Source: Glycera tridactyla (taxonomy: Eukaryota). From it: DNA of 64,000 nucleotides. The position numbers and the translations under genes are program-made. Below, piece after piece: positions 1 through 11,674 of this stretch (the first letter of the stretch is position 1; each line of letters starts with the position of its first letter). The notes beneath the pieces are model-generated. The model was not told the DNA's origin and did no database searches. It worked only from the letters and a program-made list of their open reading frames with translations. The stretch covers positions 70,866,001-70,930,000 of the forward strand of contig OZ286465.1 in the NCBI GenBank assembly GCA_965644265.1, given 5' to 3'.

Positions 1-14
1 TAAAAGATGGTCTA

Positions 15-237
15 CCGTATATTGCCGAACACACACGTGCAGTGCGCAAGTGCAAGAACAAATTGGTTGCGCGTGTATTCCGGGGGCACATGTATTCAAT
101 ATTCAAAGAAAATTGAAATTCTAGCCCTTGAAAAACTGCTCCAGAAAGCATATAATACTGGTAATTTGAGATTCTTGTTCAAGGATATTGGGGGTGTGCG
201 TCTAATTTGGGATGCGCGTGTATACGGCAATATACGG
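15..237. mobile_element. MITE with CCGTATATT(G/A)CCG TIRs and TA TSD (Tc1/mariner-pogo type)
   Basis: TA-CCGTATATTGCCG at 13 and CGGCAATATACGG-TA ending at 239; a related copy lies in opposite orientation at 38244-38436. Confidence 0.8.
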
Positions 238-507
238 TATTTCATTGCCACAATGGCCAATTTTGGTAAGGTCTCAATTTTGAGTGAATAAAGAAACCGG
301 TAATCAAAGCTATATCCTGGATTCTCACTGTTAAGGAAAAATGATTCACTTCTACCAACGTGGATATTTGCAATTGATGATCCGTGTTCTAATCCATTTC
401 AACATCACTGACCCCATCACTCAGCAAACATATATATGTTATCCGTCTCTGATTGATCAATAAAAGTGGACAAATGTGGGTCGTTCCAATAAAATGAAGT
501 GGATATG

Positions 508-592
508 CAGGGCTCCAGGTTACTACCAGTGAGTAGCCAATGGCTACAAAATTCACCCTCTGGCTACCATATCTTGAAAGTTAGTAGCCAAT
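508..592. mobile_element. Left-end fragment of the AGGGCTCTAC hAT-like MITE family
   Basis: CAGGGCTCC...GTAGCCAATGGCTAC...AATTCACCCTCTGGCTACCATAT matches the left half of the fuller copy at 34212-34420. Confidence 0.6.
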
Positions 593-614
593 CAAAACAT
601 TTTCAAAGGTCGCA

Positions 615-791
615 CAGTGAAACCTGTGACGAGAGACCCCCTGACATGAAACCACCTTCAATGGGAGACCGCTTTTCCAGGGCAGCTTTTCTATTTGACA
701 TAGTCAAATGTACCTCTGACAAGAGACCACCTCTTTTGAGACCACTTTTTTTAGTGACATATATGGTGGTCTCTCGTCGCAGGTTTCACTG
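615..791. mobile_element. Palindromic MITE, subfamily A1 (CAGTGAAACCTG TIR, ~176 bp)
   Basis: CAGTGAAACCTGTGACGAGAGACC ... GGTCTCTCGTCGCAGGTTTCACTG followed by TA; internal GAGACC repeats. Confidence 0.85.
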
Positions 792-1167
792 TAATGGACA
801 ATGTATTCATCAGCTGGAACCATTTGGCAATACCTAGTAAAGATATCAGCACAGAACACTGATATGCATAGCTGGTGTGTAAATAGAGTACTCTCATTCA
901 TGAGATTGAAAAACTATGGCAACCGCTGCTGCAATCAGAGATCTGTAACCAAAGCAACCGCACAAATTTGTGAGAACTACACGATATTTACCAGAATCAA
1001 TAACTAGAGTATGAGGTATATCAGTGATGTTTGACATCATGAACTGGTTAACCCACAAAGTAAACAAATCCATGCCAAACACTTGGAGAAAAACTGTCAA
1101 CCACCTACTACACAACACATTTCAATGATCACTTGCATACAAGACATAAAATCTTGGAATTCAACTT

Positions 1168-3554
1168 TCAATACGAACCTTTTGCGGGTGCCAGATGACT
1201 TTTGAGATGAGTGCATTCTGAGAGGTATACGTGAGGTCGGTCCAAAGGGGGTGAGGTCCGTACTTGTTCTGATGTATGGTGGGTGGAGGTACATCCAGCA
1301 CATTCGCAGATACTTGTCTCTCCAGTGCTCAAACTCAACGAGCACTCACAACTGCAAGTATCCAGTTCACTGTTCACACTGCCCTGACCATCACAGTCGC
1401 ACCTGTTGTGGAGCTCACAATCCAAACTAGAATCACTGTGAGAAAGACTCACATCATCAAGGTTCACATCTCCGTACACAGCCTCACTGCCAAACCCATC
1501 AGAACTATATCCATCAATTTCAGATTCTGAGTCCGCAGCATGAACCTCTGGGTGAAAAGTCACTCTTTTGTCCCTCTCTTTTATCTTTTTATTCATTTGA
1601 GCTGAATGCAATGTACTTGTATCACTAGACATTTCACAGTGCACACTGGTATTAGTCTCAAACTCCCTGTCCTCTGGGATCTCATCAAGTTTTGGTGTTC
1701 TATCTGTCCTCCTGGATAGGGCCAGTTGTGTTATGGCTTCCTTGTAGCTTGGCAATGCAGGCCGAGAGGTACTCCAAAGTCTCTCCTGAATAGTTCTTTG
1801 CCCTTGAACCGGGCTTTCCCTTGGTTCGTAATCTTCCTCCCAGGAAGATAGTCCACACTGGTACCGATTTTCACATGTCTTTGGAGATGAAAGCCTGTAT
1901 GTTTCCCTCTCTTCATGATGCACCCGAAAAGAACCAGTACTTCTCGAAAGTCTCTGAGTATTTGAAGCTGATTCAGTCTGTTTATTTATGAATCTGCCAC
2001 TGCTTCCTTCAACAACTTTTCTCCTGCAAGTATCCAATGACTCCAGTCGTTCATTTGAACCCCTACGTCCAAGTTCTGCAGTGGTTGGTAAAAATTCATC
2101 CTCATAATATAGCTGTGCTCCAAACGGTTGCTGCCTGCTAATACTCCCAACTTTACATTCGACAGAATCTGTTTGTTCATCAGCTGCTCCAATATTGGGG
2201 ACAATATTTTCCTCCCAGTCAATCCCTTCATTTCCAATATATGAATCTGAAGCTGTAGAGGCATTTTCCCAGTCGACATCGATGACCGAAACATGTGGAC
2301 CACACACAGTGACATCGGGTTGAGAAGTCCCCAAGCCATCGTTATCATCAAGTTCAGTCTCTTGTTCAGAATCATCACTGTATCTGTATGCACAATTATC
2401 AGTAGTCTTGGAATCAGTCACACCCGGCCTACAGTCTTCTAAACTCCACCTGTCACAGGGAACACCCTCAGAACTATAAGTGTGTGCAGATGCAGATGCA
2501 TCATGATGAGTTGAAGATGGACTGATGCAGTTCTTATACTTGTCATACAAATCCACATCCTCTATATTCCCTCTGGAATGACCAAAATGTGGCAGACTGT
2601 CCGCTAACAAGCTTCTAGAGGAAGATCTGTGTTTATTTGCAGCAGATATCGGTGATACTTTATCCTGTCCTGTTTGGACAATAGACGGGCAAGATCCAAA
2701 GCTGCTCCATCGATTTCCATTCAGCCAGTAAGGGGTGCGAGAAAGAAAACCCAAACTGCTACTTTTCTCACTCCCGTGATCGCTCTGTATGCTCCAGCTG
2801 TCACTGTTAGAAGCACAGTGATCACAGTGATGAGACTGGCAGAAACTTCCCAGTGAGCGGCTGATAACACTTGAATCCTCGTCACAATACGGACTGATGA
2901 ACTGACTCAAATCTTCATCATCAAACAGATCTTCATCTTCGTGCACATGCTCACACACATGTTCCGGTTTCGTATCCTGTCCCAAACCACTAGACAGTGG
3001 CACAGTCGAGCTTGTTTGGTCCAGATCAGGATCAGTTCTCGGTGTTTGATATAACCACGAATTATCCGGCATTTCCTCATGGGCGCATTCAGTTTTGAGC
3101 TCCACTGGTGTATGGTCATGCTTTCTCATGTGAGAATTACTCAGGTATTGGCTGAATTCTGTGGCTTGTGTGTCAATGGCTTTAGCTTCAGACTGTCCTA
3201 CCATGCACTGGTGCTCCAACCCATCTGACAAAAATGCAGTACTTCTAGAATTCTCACGCACTCTTGACACCTCTGATGTCTGATCAAGTTGTGAGTAATG
3301 TTTTTCCTGAAGGCAGAGGCCATGTGCATGCAACCTGTCTGCACATATGAGTGGTTTCAAGTGACATGTAGACGGGCTTTGGTGGGTACACGACAATGCG
3401 ACACTCACATCGCCAGCGCTTACATGCGGCTGGCCAACAGGAGCCATCCTTGCACCAGGTACAACCAAACCTAATGGCTCCTCAGTCAATCCTGTCTCTT
3501 CAACAATTGTTTTTGCACCAACTTCAGATAATGTAAATTTCATCCATTCTCCAT
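1168..3554 (-). CDS. Large terminal coding exon (~795 codons) of an unidentified, intrinsically disordered acidic/Ser-rich protein
   Basis: 798-codon stop-free frame in a window where other ORFs are short; TGA at 1170-1168. A pyrimidine-rich acceptor (gattttgtttccag|ATGGAG) gives a phase-1 start at 3554, so the listed TTG start is probably not real. No folded domain recognised. Confidence 0.8.
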
Positions 3555-3803
3555 CTGGAAACAAAATCCACTCTACTCTGATTCTACTTCCTCTCTACTT
3601 GATAAGGATTGAGTTTCTTGAAAATATACATATCACTGTATTTTCCTGCCATATTACCTAATTTGTAAGACCATATGAGATAGCTCAGAATCATCCCTCA
3701 TTCAGAGCTGGGATCGGCACACTCACCTATGATATATAGGGCGATCCTAAGATCATGTGATCCTATCCCAACTTCTGGATCAACTTCTGTATCTCACATT
3801 ATA

Positions 3804-3980
3804 CAGTGAAACCTGTCTTGGGAGACCCCTCTTTTGGGAGACCACCCTCTAATGACAGACCACTCTTTATCGGCTCTTCTCCATATGACATAATCAATTA
3901 TACCTCCAATGAGAGACCGCCTGTCTTGAGAGACCACTTTTGTTGGCATTCAGGGCGGTCTCCCAAGACAGGTTTCACTG
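3804..3980. mobile_element. Palindromic MITE, subfamily A1
   Basis: TA-CAGTGAAACCTGTCTTGGGAGACC ... GGTCTCCCAAGACAGGTTTCACTG-TA; close match to 38766-38941. Confidence 0.9.
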
Positions 3981-4043
3981 TATCAGCAATCTTGCAGTAG
4001 CCAGTAGCTGTGAATGCATATATAGAATGCATTCCTAAAACTA

Positions 4044-5278
4044 CAGTCGAACCTCCCTATAACGACCGCCCTCGGTCGCACATCAGAGTGGTCATTATTG
4101 GGAGGTGGTCGCTATAGAGAAGTTCTGATGAAAAATACGTTGTGTTCCGTCTCTACACGCTAAGGTGGCGGACATTACTGTAAACATCACAGAGAACCAA
4201 GATACCCGGATGTATGAAAAAAACTCGCAATTTTCTGAACATGAAGACGATTTTAGTGGTTCTAGAAGGTCATCTTTCGATCTGTAAAGATGATTTGAAG
4301 AAATATGAAGAACTTTCGTTTGGAATTAAAAATGGTAACGATTTGAGAGCAGCGAGCAAGTGAGCAGATCTGAGCACATATCACGGTGTCGAGTTTGGCC
4401 GGGCGGTCGCTGGAGGAGGGAGACCGGCCGCTGCTAGTGCTTGGCGGGGGAAGTGAGTTCATCTGAGAGGTGAGCAAGCGGAATCTGAGCACATATCACG
4501 GCCTCGAGTTTGGTCGGGCGGTCGCTGGAGGAGGGAGAACGGCCGCTGCTAGCTGTATGGCGGCCAAAGTGAGTTCATCTGAGAGGCGAGCAAGCAGAAT
4601 CTGAGCACATATCACGGCCTCGAGTTTGGCCAGTCGGTCGCTGGAGGAGGGAGACCGGCCGCTGCTAGTGCTTGGCGGGGAAAGTGAGTTCATCTGAGAG
4701 GTGAGCAAGCGGAATCTGAGCACATATCACGGCCTCGAGTTTGGTCGGGCGGTCGCTGGAGGAGGGAGACCGGCCACTGTTAGCTGTATGGCGGCCAAAG
4801 TGAGTTCATCTGAGAGGCGAGCAAGCAGAATCTGAGCACATATCACGGCCTCGAGTTTGGCCAGGCGGTCGCTGGAGGAGGGAGACCGGCCGCTGCTAGC
4901 TGTATGGCGGCCAAAGTGAGTTTATATGAGCAGTGAGCAAGCGGAATCTGAGCACATATCACGGTCTCGAGTTTGGCCGGGTGGTCCCTGGAGGAGGGAG
5001 ACTGACCGATGCTAGTTTGTTGACGGGGAAGTGAGTTCATCTGAGAGGCGAGTAAGCGGAATCTGAGCAGATTTCACGGTCTCAAGTACGGCCGGGCAGC
5101 CGTGAGCGGTCGTTATTGGGAGGTCCCTGTGCCAAACATGGCGGTCGCTGGTCGGAGGTTGGAGGTGGTCGCTATATGGAAGACAATTATAGTGAAAAAT
5201 ATGTCGGTCGCGGTCATAGGCGGTCGTTATGAGGAGGTGGTCGCCCTCTGGAGGTGGTCGTTAGAGGAGGTTTGACTG
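4044..5278. mobile_element. Long non-autonomous TA-flanked TIR element (CAGTCGAACCTCC) carrying an internal satellite
   Basis: TA-CAGTCGAACCTCC at 4042 and GGAGGTTTGACTG-TA ending at 5280; subterminal CGACC/GGTCG repeats. Confidence 0.85.
4360..5105. repeat. CpG-rich ~116-bp tandem array, about 6.5 units
   Basis: The anchor GAATCTGAGC recurs at ~4367, 4481, 4597, 4712, 4828, 4944 and 5059. Confidence 0.95.
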
Positions 5279-5842
5279 TACATCTTAGTTTCAAACTATG
5301 AGTATCGTGCAACTCCCATTTTTTTTCAAATAGTTTGATCATATATCATTTGTACCTAAATTTGGAATGAAAATTCTACATCGAATGTCTGGAATAGTTA
5401 TTCCATATTCAAAGATGAAACATACCTTGCACAGAAGAGTATGTGGACCATAAATACCATGTAGCGACTCTTGATGGATATGGTTTCCCCACAGTACTAT
5501 AGAAATCAAGAACACCCCTGGTACACATGAATGCACCAATACTTCAGTGAAACAAGCCCGTGAACCAAATGTCAAGCTCATTTGTAGGAGTGTTACTTCC
5601 CCAAGCCAACATAATAAAAAGGTCCTTGAGGTACAGCCAGCCTTGTCTGCAGCCATACACACTAAATGAGAAGATGTAACCCAACATTTTTTTGGTACAT
5701 CCTAGAAGTACCATCCTGATGATTCATTTGCACTAAGACTACACAATAACGAATTCTGCAAAGCTCAGAATGATAGCAATACAGAAACTAATTTTCTGCT
5801 CAACAGTGGGAAGTCAAACAATCACCTGAAAGTTTCATAAAA

Positions 5843-6004
5843 TCCCTGAACCTGTCAAAGGAGACCACCTCTGATGGAAGACTGCTTTCAAAAGGCAGCT
5901 CTTCTATTCGACATAGTCGAATATACCTCCCAAAAGAAAGTGCCTGTTTGAAGAGACCACTTGGAGACATCGATGGTAGTTTCCTGTCACTGCAGGTTTC
6001 ACTG
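5843..6004. mobile_element. Degenerate A1 MITE
   Basis: GAACCTGTC...GAGACCACC...GACATAGTCGAATATACCTCC...GCAGGTTTCACTG. Confidence 0.6.
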
Positions 6005-6490
6005 TGCAAAATTGTGTATCTAAGAAACCAGAGGTGAATCTACTGACTCTATAGATTTTTTTTTAAATTCACTAAATTCACTTAAAACTTGCATAAACTT
6101 GATGAAGGTCACTGGGCGATGGCTAGACCCTGTGCCCAATGCCATAAGGCACATAGTGTTGGAAAAGGGCATAAACACCCGTACGAAATATGCTCAAAAG
6201 GCACATGCGATGTAATGTATTTCGATAGGATCACATAGTTTGGGGCACATAAAATTGCAAAATGACACATAGAAATTGTATTAAGCGTGACCAAATGGCC
6301 TATACATTTTCTCTGGTCAGGAATTCCCTGAAGGTGCATTGGGCTAGATCCACAATTTCATGGAACTAAAGTATCCAATGATGTAACTGCTAATCCAGTA
6401 ACATCATAAACGTGATCAATAACTCCTATTTTTTTTTTTTTACACATATCCTGAGATGAACGTGTACATTAAATCCCGGTACATGATGTG

Positions 6491-6730
6491 TTAAATCTTT
6501 GTAAATGCAAGTGGGATTAATTGGCCACCTTTGGATATCTGATTCCAGTTAAAATCAAGCACAGCATTACATCCATCAACGTCATCGACCCCATCCTGTT
6601 CCTTGCTTCCGCCGAACTTTACTTCAACAACGGTAGGCTGTCCCTCATCTCCGTAAATATGCAACTTTTTTATCCTCTGCTTGTCAAACAAAGCATCAAG
6701 GATGGTGCTGAGCGCAGGTGAGCGGGCCAT
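6491..6730 (-). CDS. Candidate start exon or small ORF (79 aa, MARSPALSTILDALFDKQRIKKLHIYGDEGQPTVVEVKF...)
   Basis: ATG in good context (gatATGG) preceded by in-frame stops; protein-like helix-then-strand pattern; CpG-rich upstream sequence; same strand as, and upstream of, the large exon. No strong donor site found. Confidence 0.45.
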   Translation of the reverse strand: MARSPALSTILDALFDKQRIKKLHIYGDEGQPTVVEVKFGGSKEQDGVDDVDGCNAVLDFNWNQISKGGQLIPLAFTKI

Positions 6731-7570
6731 ATCTTCGCGTCATCATCATTATCGTACTCCAAAGACGAGTGCATGTGACGACCTGACTATTCTCGGCGAA
6801 CTAATGCCTGCATGACACATATATACATGACCACGTTGACGCTTTGACGCTTCACAGATACTAATTCTTAACAAACAAATTCTCGCCGGTCACCGCATAC
6901 ACACGGCGAACCTCGCAGTATACACAAGCATCCATTCAAGTGCATTCAACAGATGTTTGAGCCACTGGATCTAACAATAATGACACCGACTTGGCGGCAA
7001 ATCCACCTTATTACTCCGAATAATTGCGCGTGTGATACTCACAATAGATGAAACGTCAGCTGAACAAACCAAGATATCTTCAGGTTCAGATCATGCACTG
7101 TATAGATGCTATTGAATACGTTTCATAAATCTTCACCATTCTTGGATGATCCTACCCATGCCTATTGCATGGATCTCAATATAGCCCTTTGGGTGACCAT
7201 GAGATAGGAAACGGACATCCGACAAAGTAGCAATCTAAGATTCTATTTTATGAGCATGAAACCATTGCTCATCATTTCTGAATTTATTCCAATTTTATTA
7301 TCTGTCATGTTCTGCTCTGCCATTCTTGATAACAATTCCATGATATACACCTGCGTCTAATCTACAGCCTCTCTACTTCAACTGGCTGCTTTCAAAATTA
7401 TGCACACAAAATCTCCTTGGTTCATGAACCATCATTTGTCTGAATTCTTCAGTCAAGCTGGGCACTACATTAACACAGAAATCCCAGTGCAATTTCAAGA
7501 ATCAAGATGCTAGCTAGTACACACTCAAGAGAAAGCCAGACATGAACACAGAACATTCTCAGAACAGGTA

Positions 7571-8952
7571 AGGTCAAACCTGTCCTAAGCAGCCACATTG
7601 GCAGAGGGTAAAAATTGGCTGCTTAGGGCAGGTGGCTATATATGTTTCTCCACAGAATGGTCGGTAAAGATCTTTGCTAGGCAAAAACTGTGTGAGCTAC
7701 TTGGCAAGTGGATAACTTTTTCCATAATTTTACCATACTAAACCATTGATTTCGCATACTTTCTGAGGGTCACAGTGACAAGTTCAAATTATGATTTTTA
7801 CATCCCCAAAGAAATATAGCATCCATTGGCAAGCAAACAATCCGAAATTTCAGTATTAATTCATGCTGTCTCTGCCACATTTGCAGAAGAGTATAGTGAA
7901 TGTACATGTATCTAACATGGTCAAAGAAAAAATATGCTGCCCTGACCAAATTCCATAAACTTTCCATGATATTTTGCCAAACTCTGGCCTTTATAGACAG
8001 GTTTGACTGTATGATTAAAGCATGCACTTATCCCAGGGATTCGGTTAGGTCAGCTCACAAGACTGGAAGCTCAAGACTGAATACTCTATAAAAGCCCTTT
8101 AAGTGTAACAATCTCTCTTATTTGTAGTTCTCTCTGGCATCAAATTTTACACAGTAATTGATCTCTCCATAAAGGCAGGTGGTACGATTTAGCCTACTCG
8201 AGTGCAGAAAGTGGACCTAAAACAACACCATTTCCATTTTCTCCATAAAAGTCACTAGTCCATGGAGACAACTTTTTTACGTGACAAAGGGTGGTCTTTA
8301 TAGATGGATTCAACTGAAATCCACTAGTTTGAGATTGGGAAGGGGACATTTGCTGAATCAGATGTCCACCAGATGTCCAGCAGATCATTTTTAATGGTCA
8401 GCAATCCCATACTGTTATCACAATCATTCATCAGAGGGAGACGTCAACCAGCAACCGCTGGCACATCCCACTCTCTGATTCTCTTCTCAATGTTACACAA
8501 GTTTGCCATCTATAAGTCATCAGCCAACGAAAAACAGGCTACAGGGCTATCCAAACAGCTGACGAGGGATCACAAATAAAATGTTGTATTGATAAGGCAA
8601 AATCCCAACACCATTACAGCTATCAATGTATGATGCTATTTCAGACAATCGCTGACAACACCAAATGGGAGTCACATGCACATTCATTTATACATGGGAA
8701 GAGAGACTAAAAGTTCATGAATACAGGAGGAAAATCTAGCAACTTTGGCATGAAAATGTTCACAAATAAAGTCATATATGAACAGTACCCAGCTTTGACT
8801 ATCATGGAGCTAAATTCAAACATTTTGTACACTTTTTGAATTTGCCATTGGAGGTTTTTCTCACTCTAATTCCCCTGTCCGAAGCAGCCATGTATTCTAG
8901 GCAGCTACTGTCTTTCTTCTCAAAGGGTGGCTGTTCAGGACAGGTTTGACTG
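7571..8952. mobile_element. Probable ~1.4-kb TIR element of the CAGTCAAACCTG family containing nested MITE right-end fragments
   Basis: GTCAAACCTGTCCTAAGCAGCCAC at ~7573 pairs with GTGGCTGTTCAGGACAGGTTTGACTG-TA ending at 8954; extra right ends at ~8009 and ~8316. Confidence 0.5.
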
Positions 8953-9399
8953 TATGCAGAACACTTTATCATCACTGCATTTGGACGGTGTTCATTACTA
9001 GTTGAGGCTAGCTACAAGGGGTGTGCATTTTCAGCAAGAAACCACAATTAAAGCATCATAATTTATCACCACCCATCAAACTTAGTTAATAATTAGTAAA
9101 TGCTAAATGGTCTCTTGCAATCAAATGGAGTTAGACAAAGTTTGTATGACTTGTTTATTACCCGCCCCATCCCTATGTCCGCCATTTCTCAATCGGTCTG
9201 TGCCAAAAACTATTGGCAGCACTAGCCTGGTCGGGGGGGGGGGGGGGGGAGGCTGCCTGTTGACTGTAGATCAACATGGTGGCGAGGGAGGGTGAGGATG
9301 GGTGGTGAGATTCACCTATGTTGATATGTGGCAGTGTTTTCATGGGAAGCCTGGAGAAGATTCTTTTCAACAAATCTGTTTATACTTGTGTTTTCACTC

Positions 9400-9660
9400 C
9401 TTGAAAAGGGCGCGAGCTAGTTCCAATTATTGCCACCAATGCACGTGTGGCGCTGTGAAACACGCATCTCGAACCCCGCCATCTATCGCAAATTTGACGA
9501 ATTTGATAGTCCCGATTCACGCCACGGTGTGGCGCTGCGACTCGCGATCGAAACACCGCCATCTGTCGCAAAATTGGCGAACTGCGATCGTCTTCTCTCT
9601 CGCGCATGATCATCTACCCAGCAAGAATACCAAGATGGCGGCACCCACGAATCACGTTTT
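9400..9660. promoter_or_regulatory. CpG-rich patch with YY1-like motifs (candidate promoter or TE end)
   Basis: Dense CpG; CCGCCATCT at ~9476 and ~9557 in two 82-bp-spaced repeats; CAAGATGGCGGC at ~9631. Confidence 0.3.
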
Positions 9661-9829
9661 GGCTTGTATGGGATTTTAACCATCAACCCCCCTCCCCCTC
9701 CCCACACACACTTTTTGTGCCCCGCCTCGGTTACCCGAGCGGGGCAGTATGTTTTCGCCTTGACCCTCTGTGCGGATGTGCTATGGATGAGTGTGCGTGC
9801 GTGGGTGCGTGGGTGCGTGGGTGCGTGAT

Positions 9830-10421
9830 TTTTTGGTTTCCGGGCAATAACTCCACAATGACTAAAGCTATCTAATTGAAACTTGGTGTGTACATTCACA
9901 ATAACAAAAGACAGAACTGATTCGATTTTGGGTTTGATACATTGGATTTCAAGGTCAACTGAGTGCAAAAAGGTCATATGTGGTTTCCGGGCACTAACTC
10001 CACAATGACTAAAGCTATCTAATTGAAACTTGGTGAGTACATTCACAGTACCAAAAGACAGGACTGATTCGATTTTGGGTTTGCTACATCGGATGCTAAA
10101 AAGGTCATATGTGGTTTCCGACCCATAACATCACAATGAATTCAGCTATCTAATTGAAACTCGACGTGTCCATTCACAGTACCATGAGACAGAACTGATT
10201 TGATTTTGGGTTTGCTACATCGGATTTCAAGGTCACTTGAGTGCAAAAAGGTCATATGTGGTTTCCGGCCGATAACATCACAATGAATGCAGTTATCTAA
10301 TTGAAACTCGGCGTGTGCATTCACAATATCATGAGACAGAAATGATTTGATTTTGGGTTTGCTACATCGGATTTCAAGGTCACCTGAGTGCGAATCAAGG
10401 TCACCTGAGTGCAAAAAGGTC
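9830..10421. repeat. 147-bp satellite, left block, inside the HINE
   Basis: AAGGTCATATGTGGTTTCC anchors at ~9970, 10101, 10248 and 10416. Confidence 0.9.
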
Positions 10422-11674
10422 CAGAGATGCCAACTTTTCATGACACAAATTCCTAATGATTAGGCTAAAACTCCTAATGATGATGCGAAAATTCCTAATC
10501 TCGGCAGTGAAAATTCCTAATGAAAATTCTTAATGAGTGCATAGCAGTGAAAATGAGAGTTTATGAGCATGGGGTGCATTCTTTCACACAAAAATGTAAC
10601 TGGTAATCAAAAGTGATAATTCTAGGGATATATCTGAAACAGAGATGCCAATTTTTACAGAATTCCATGGAGTAATGATCATTTGGACAATTGTACCACA
10701 CAGCATTTGTGACGCGATTGGCGGCACGATGTAGTATGATTCACAAGCAATTTTTATCAATTTAATAAATGACGAGCTGTTCATCACCATACATTACCCT
10801 TTGAAAACAACATATCCATTTAACACACACCTAATTCATGGGGCAATATAATGGAGTTGATAGTAAATACTCCAAAGATATGGGGGGATTTGGCCAATCC
10901 ACATTTTGAAAAGGGGTCGAAGACAACAAATGTGCCTCAATTAGGCCACTTCCCCTGCTGCCAATGTCAAATAATCTCCACTTAACATGTGATGAAAAAA
11001 GACTAAGTGAAAATCCAAAGAAATGACAAGTTCACCATTGAGATTAGTGATCAGTCATTCTTGTGCAAATATCCGATAAGAGTGGGAAAATGACAATTTA
11101 TTTATGTGAAATCCAGAGGAGGGACACAAAACATGTCTAACAAGCACTACAGGATTCTTGCACCTTCAGCAGACCTGCCAATATCGAAGCACATGTTCAG
11201 GAAGCACATTTTGTTTGTATCCTGGGTCATATTCATCCTATCAAAAGAAAAATACATCACCAGACTCAGTGGAATTACAGTGTTTCAAATCATCAATGAT
11301 TATGAATGAAAATTCAATAATTATGAAGAATGTGGTTGCTGTTCAATACCCCACTACAGTCATCAAGTCATATGTTGACATTAGTCCTGGTGAGGAGGAG
11401 CCTCCATAAACATCCTCCACCAGGAGCCTCTCTCACAAATTACCTATTGTTAGTTCCATTCACAATTGGTTTAGTGCCTACTACCAGTTGACTACAGTAT
11501 GACCAAATGGTGCTACTGTGTGCCTCACATTATGGCCCCAAAATAGAATAGTAAGACAAGGTAACATTCTCCTTTCATATAAAAGCGTAATAATTTGAGA
11601 CCAGATCGTAATGGCGTAATATCAGGGTGAAAATCATAATCATTACGCCAAAATCGTAATGGTTGGCATCTCTG
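10422..11674. mobile_element. Non-autonomous DNA transposon with CAGAGATGCCAAC TIRs and a 6-bp TSD (hAT6-like)
   Basis: CAGAGATGCCAAC at 10422 and GTTGGCATCTCTG ending at 11674, with AAGGTC on both sides. Removing it restores the satellite unit. Subterminal C(C/G)TAAT repeats; a second TIR copy at 10640. Confidence 0.85.

Noticed and set aside
4262-5040. ORFs MLRFRLLTSQMNS... in the 116-bp array
   Set aside because: The period is not a multiple of 3 and frames shift between units, so this is non-coding repeat translation.
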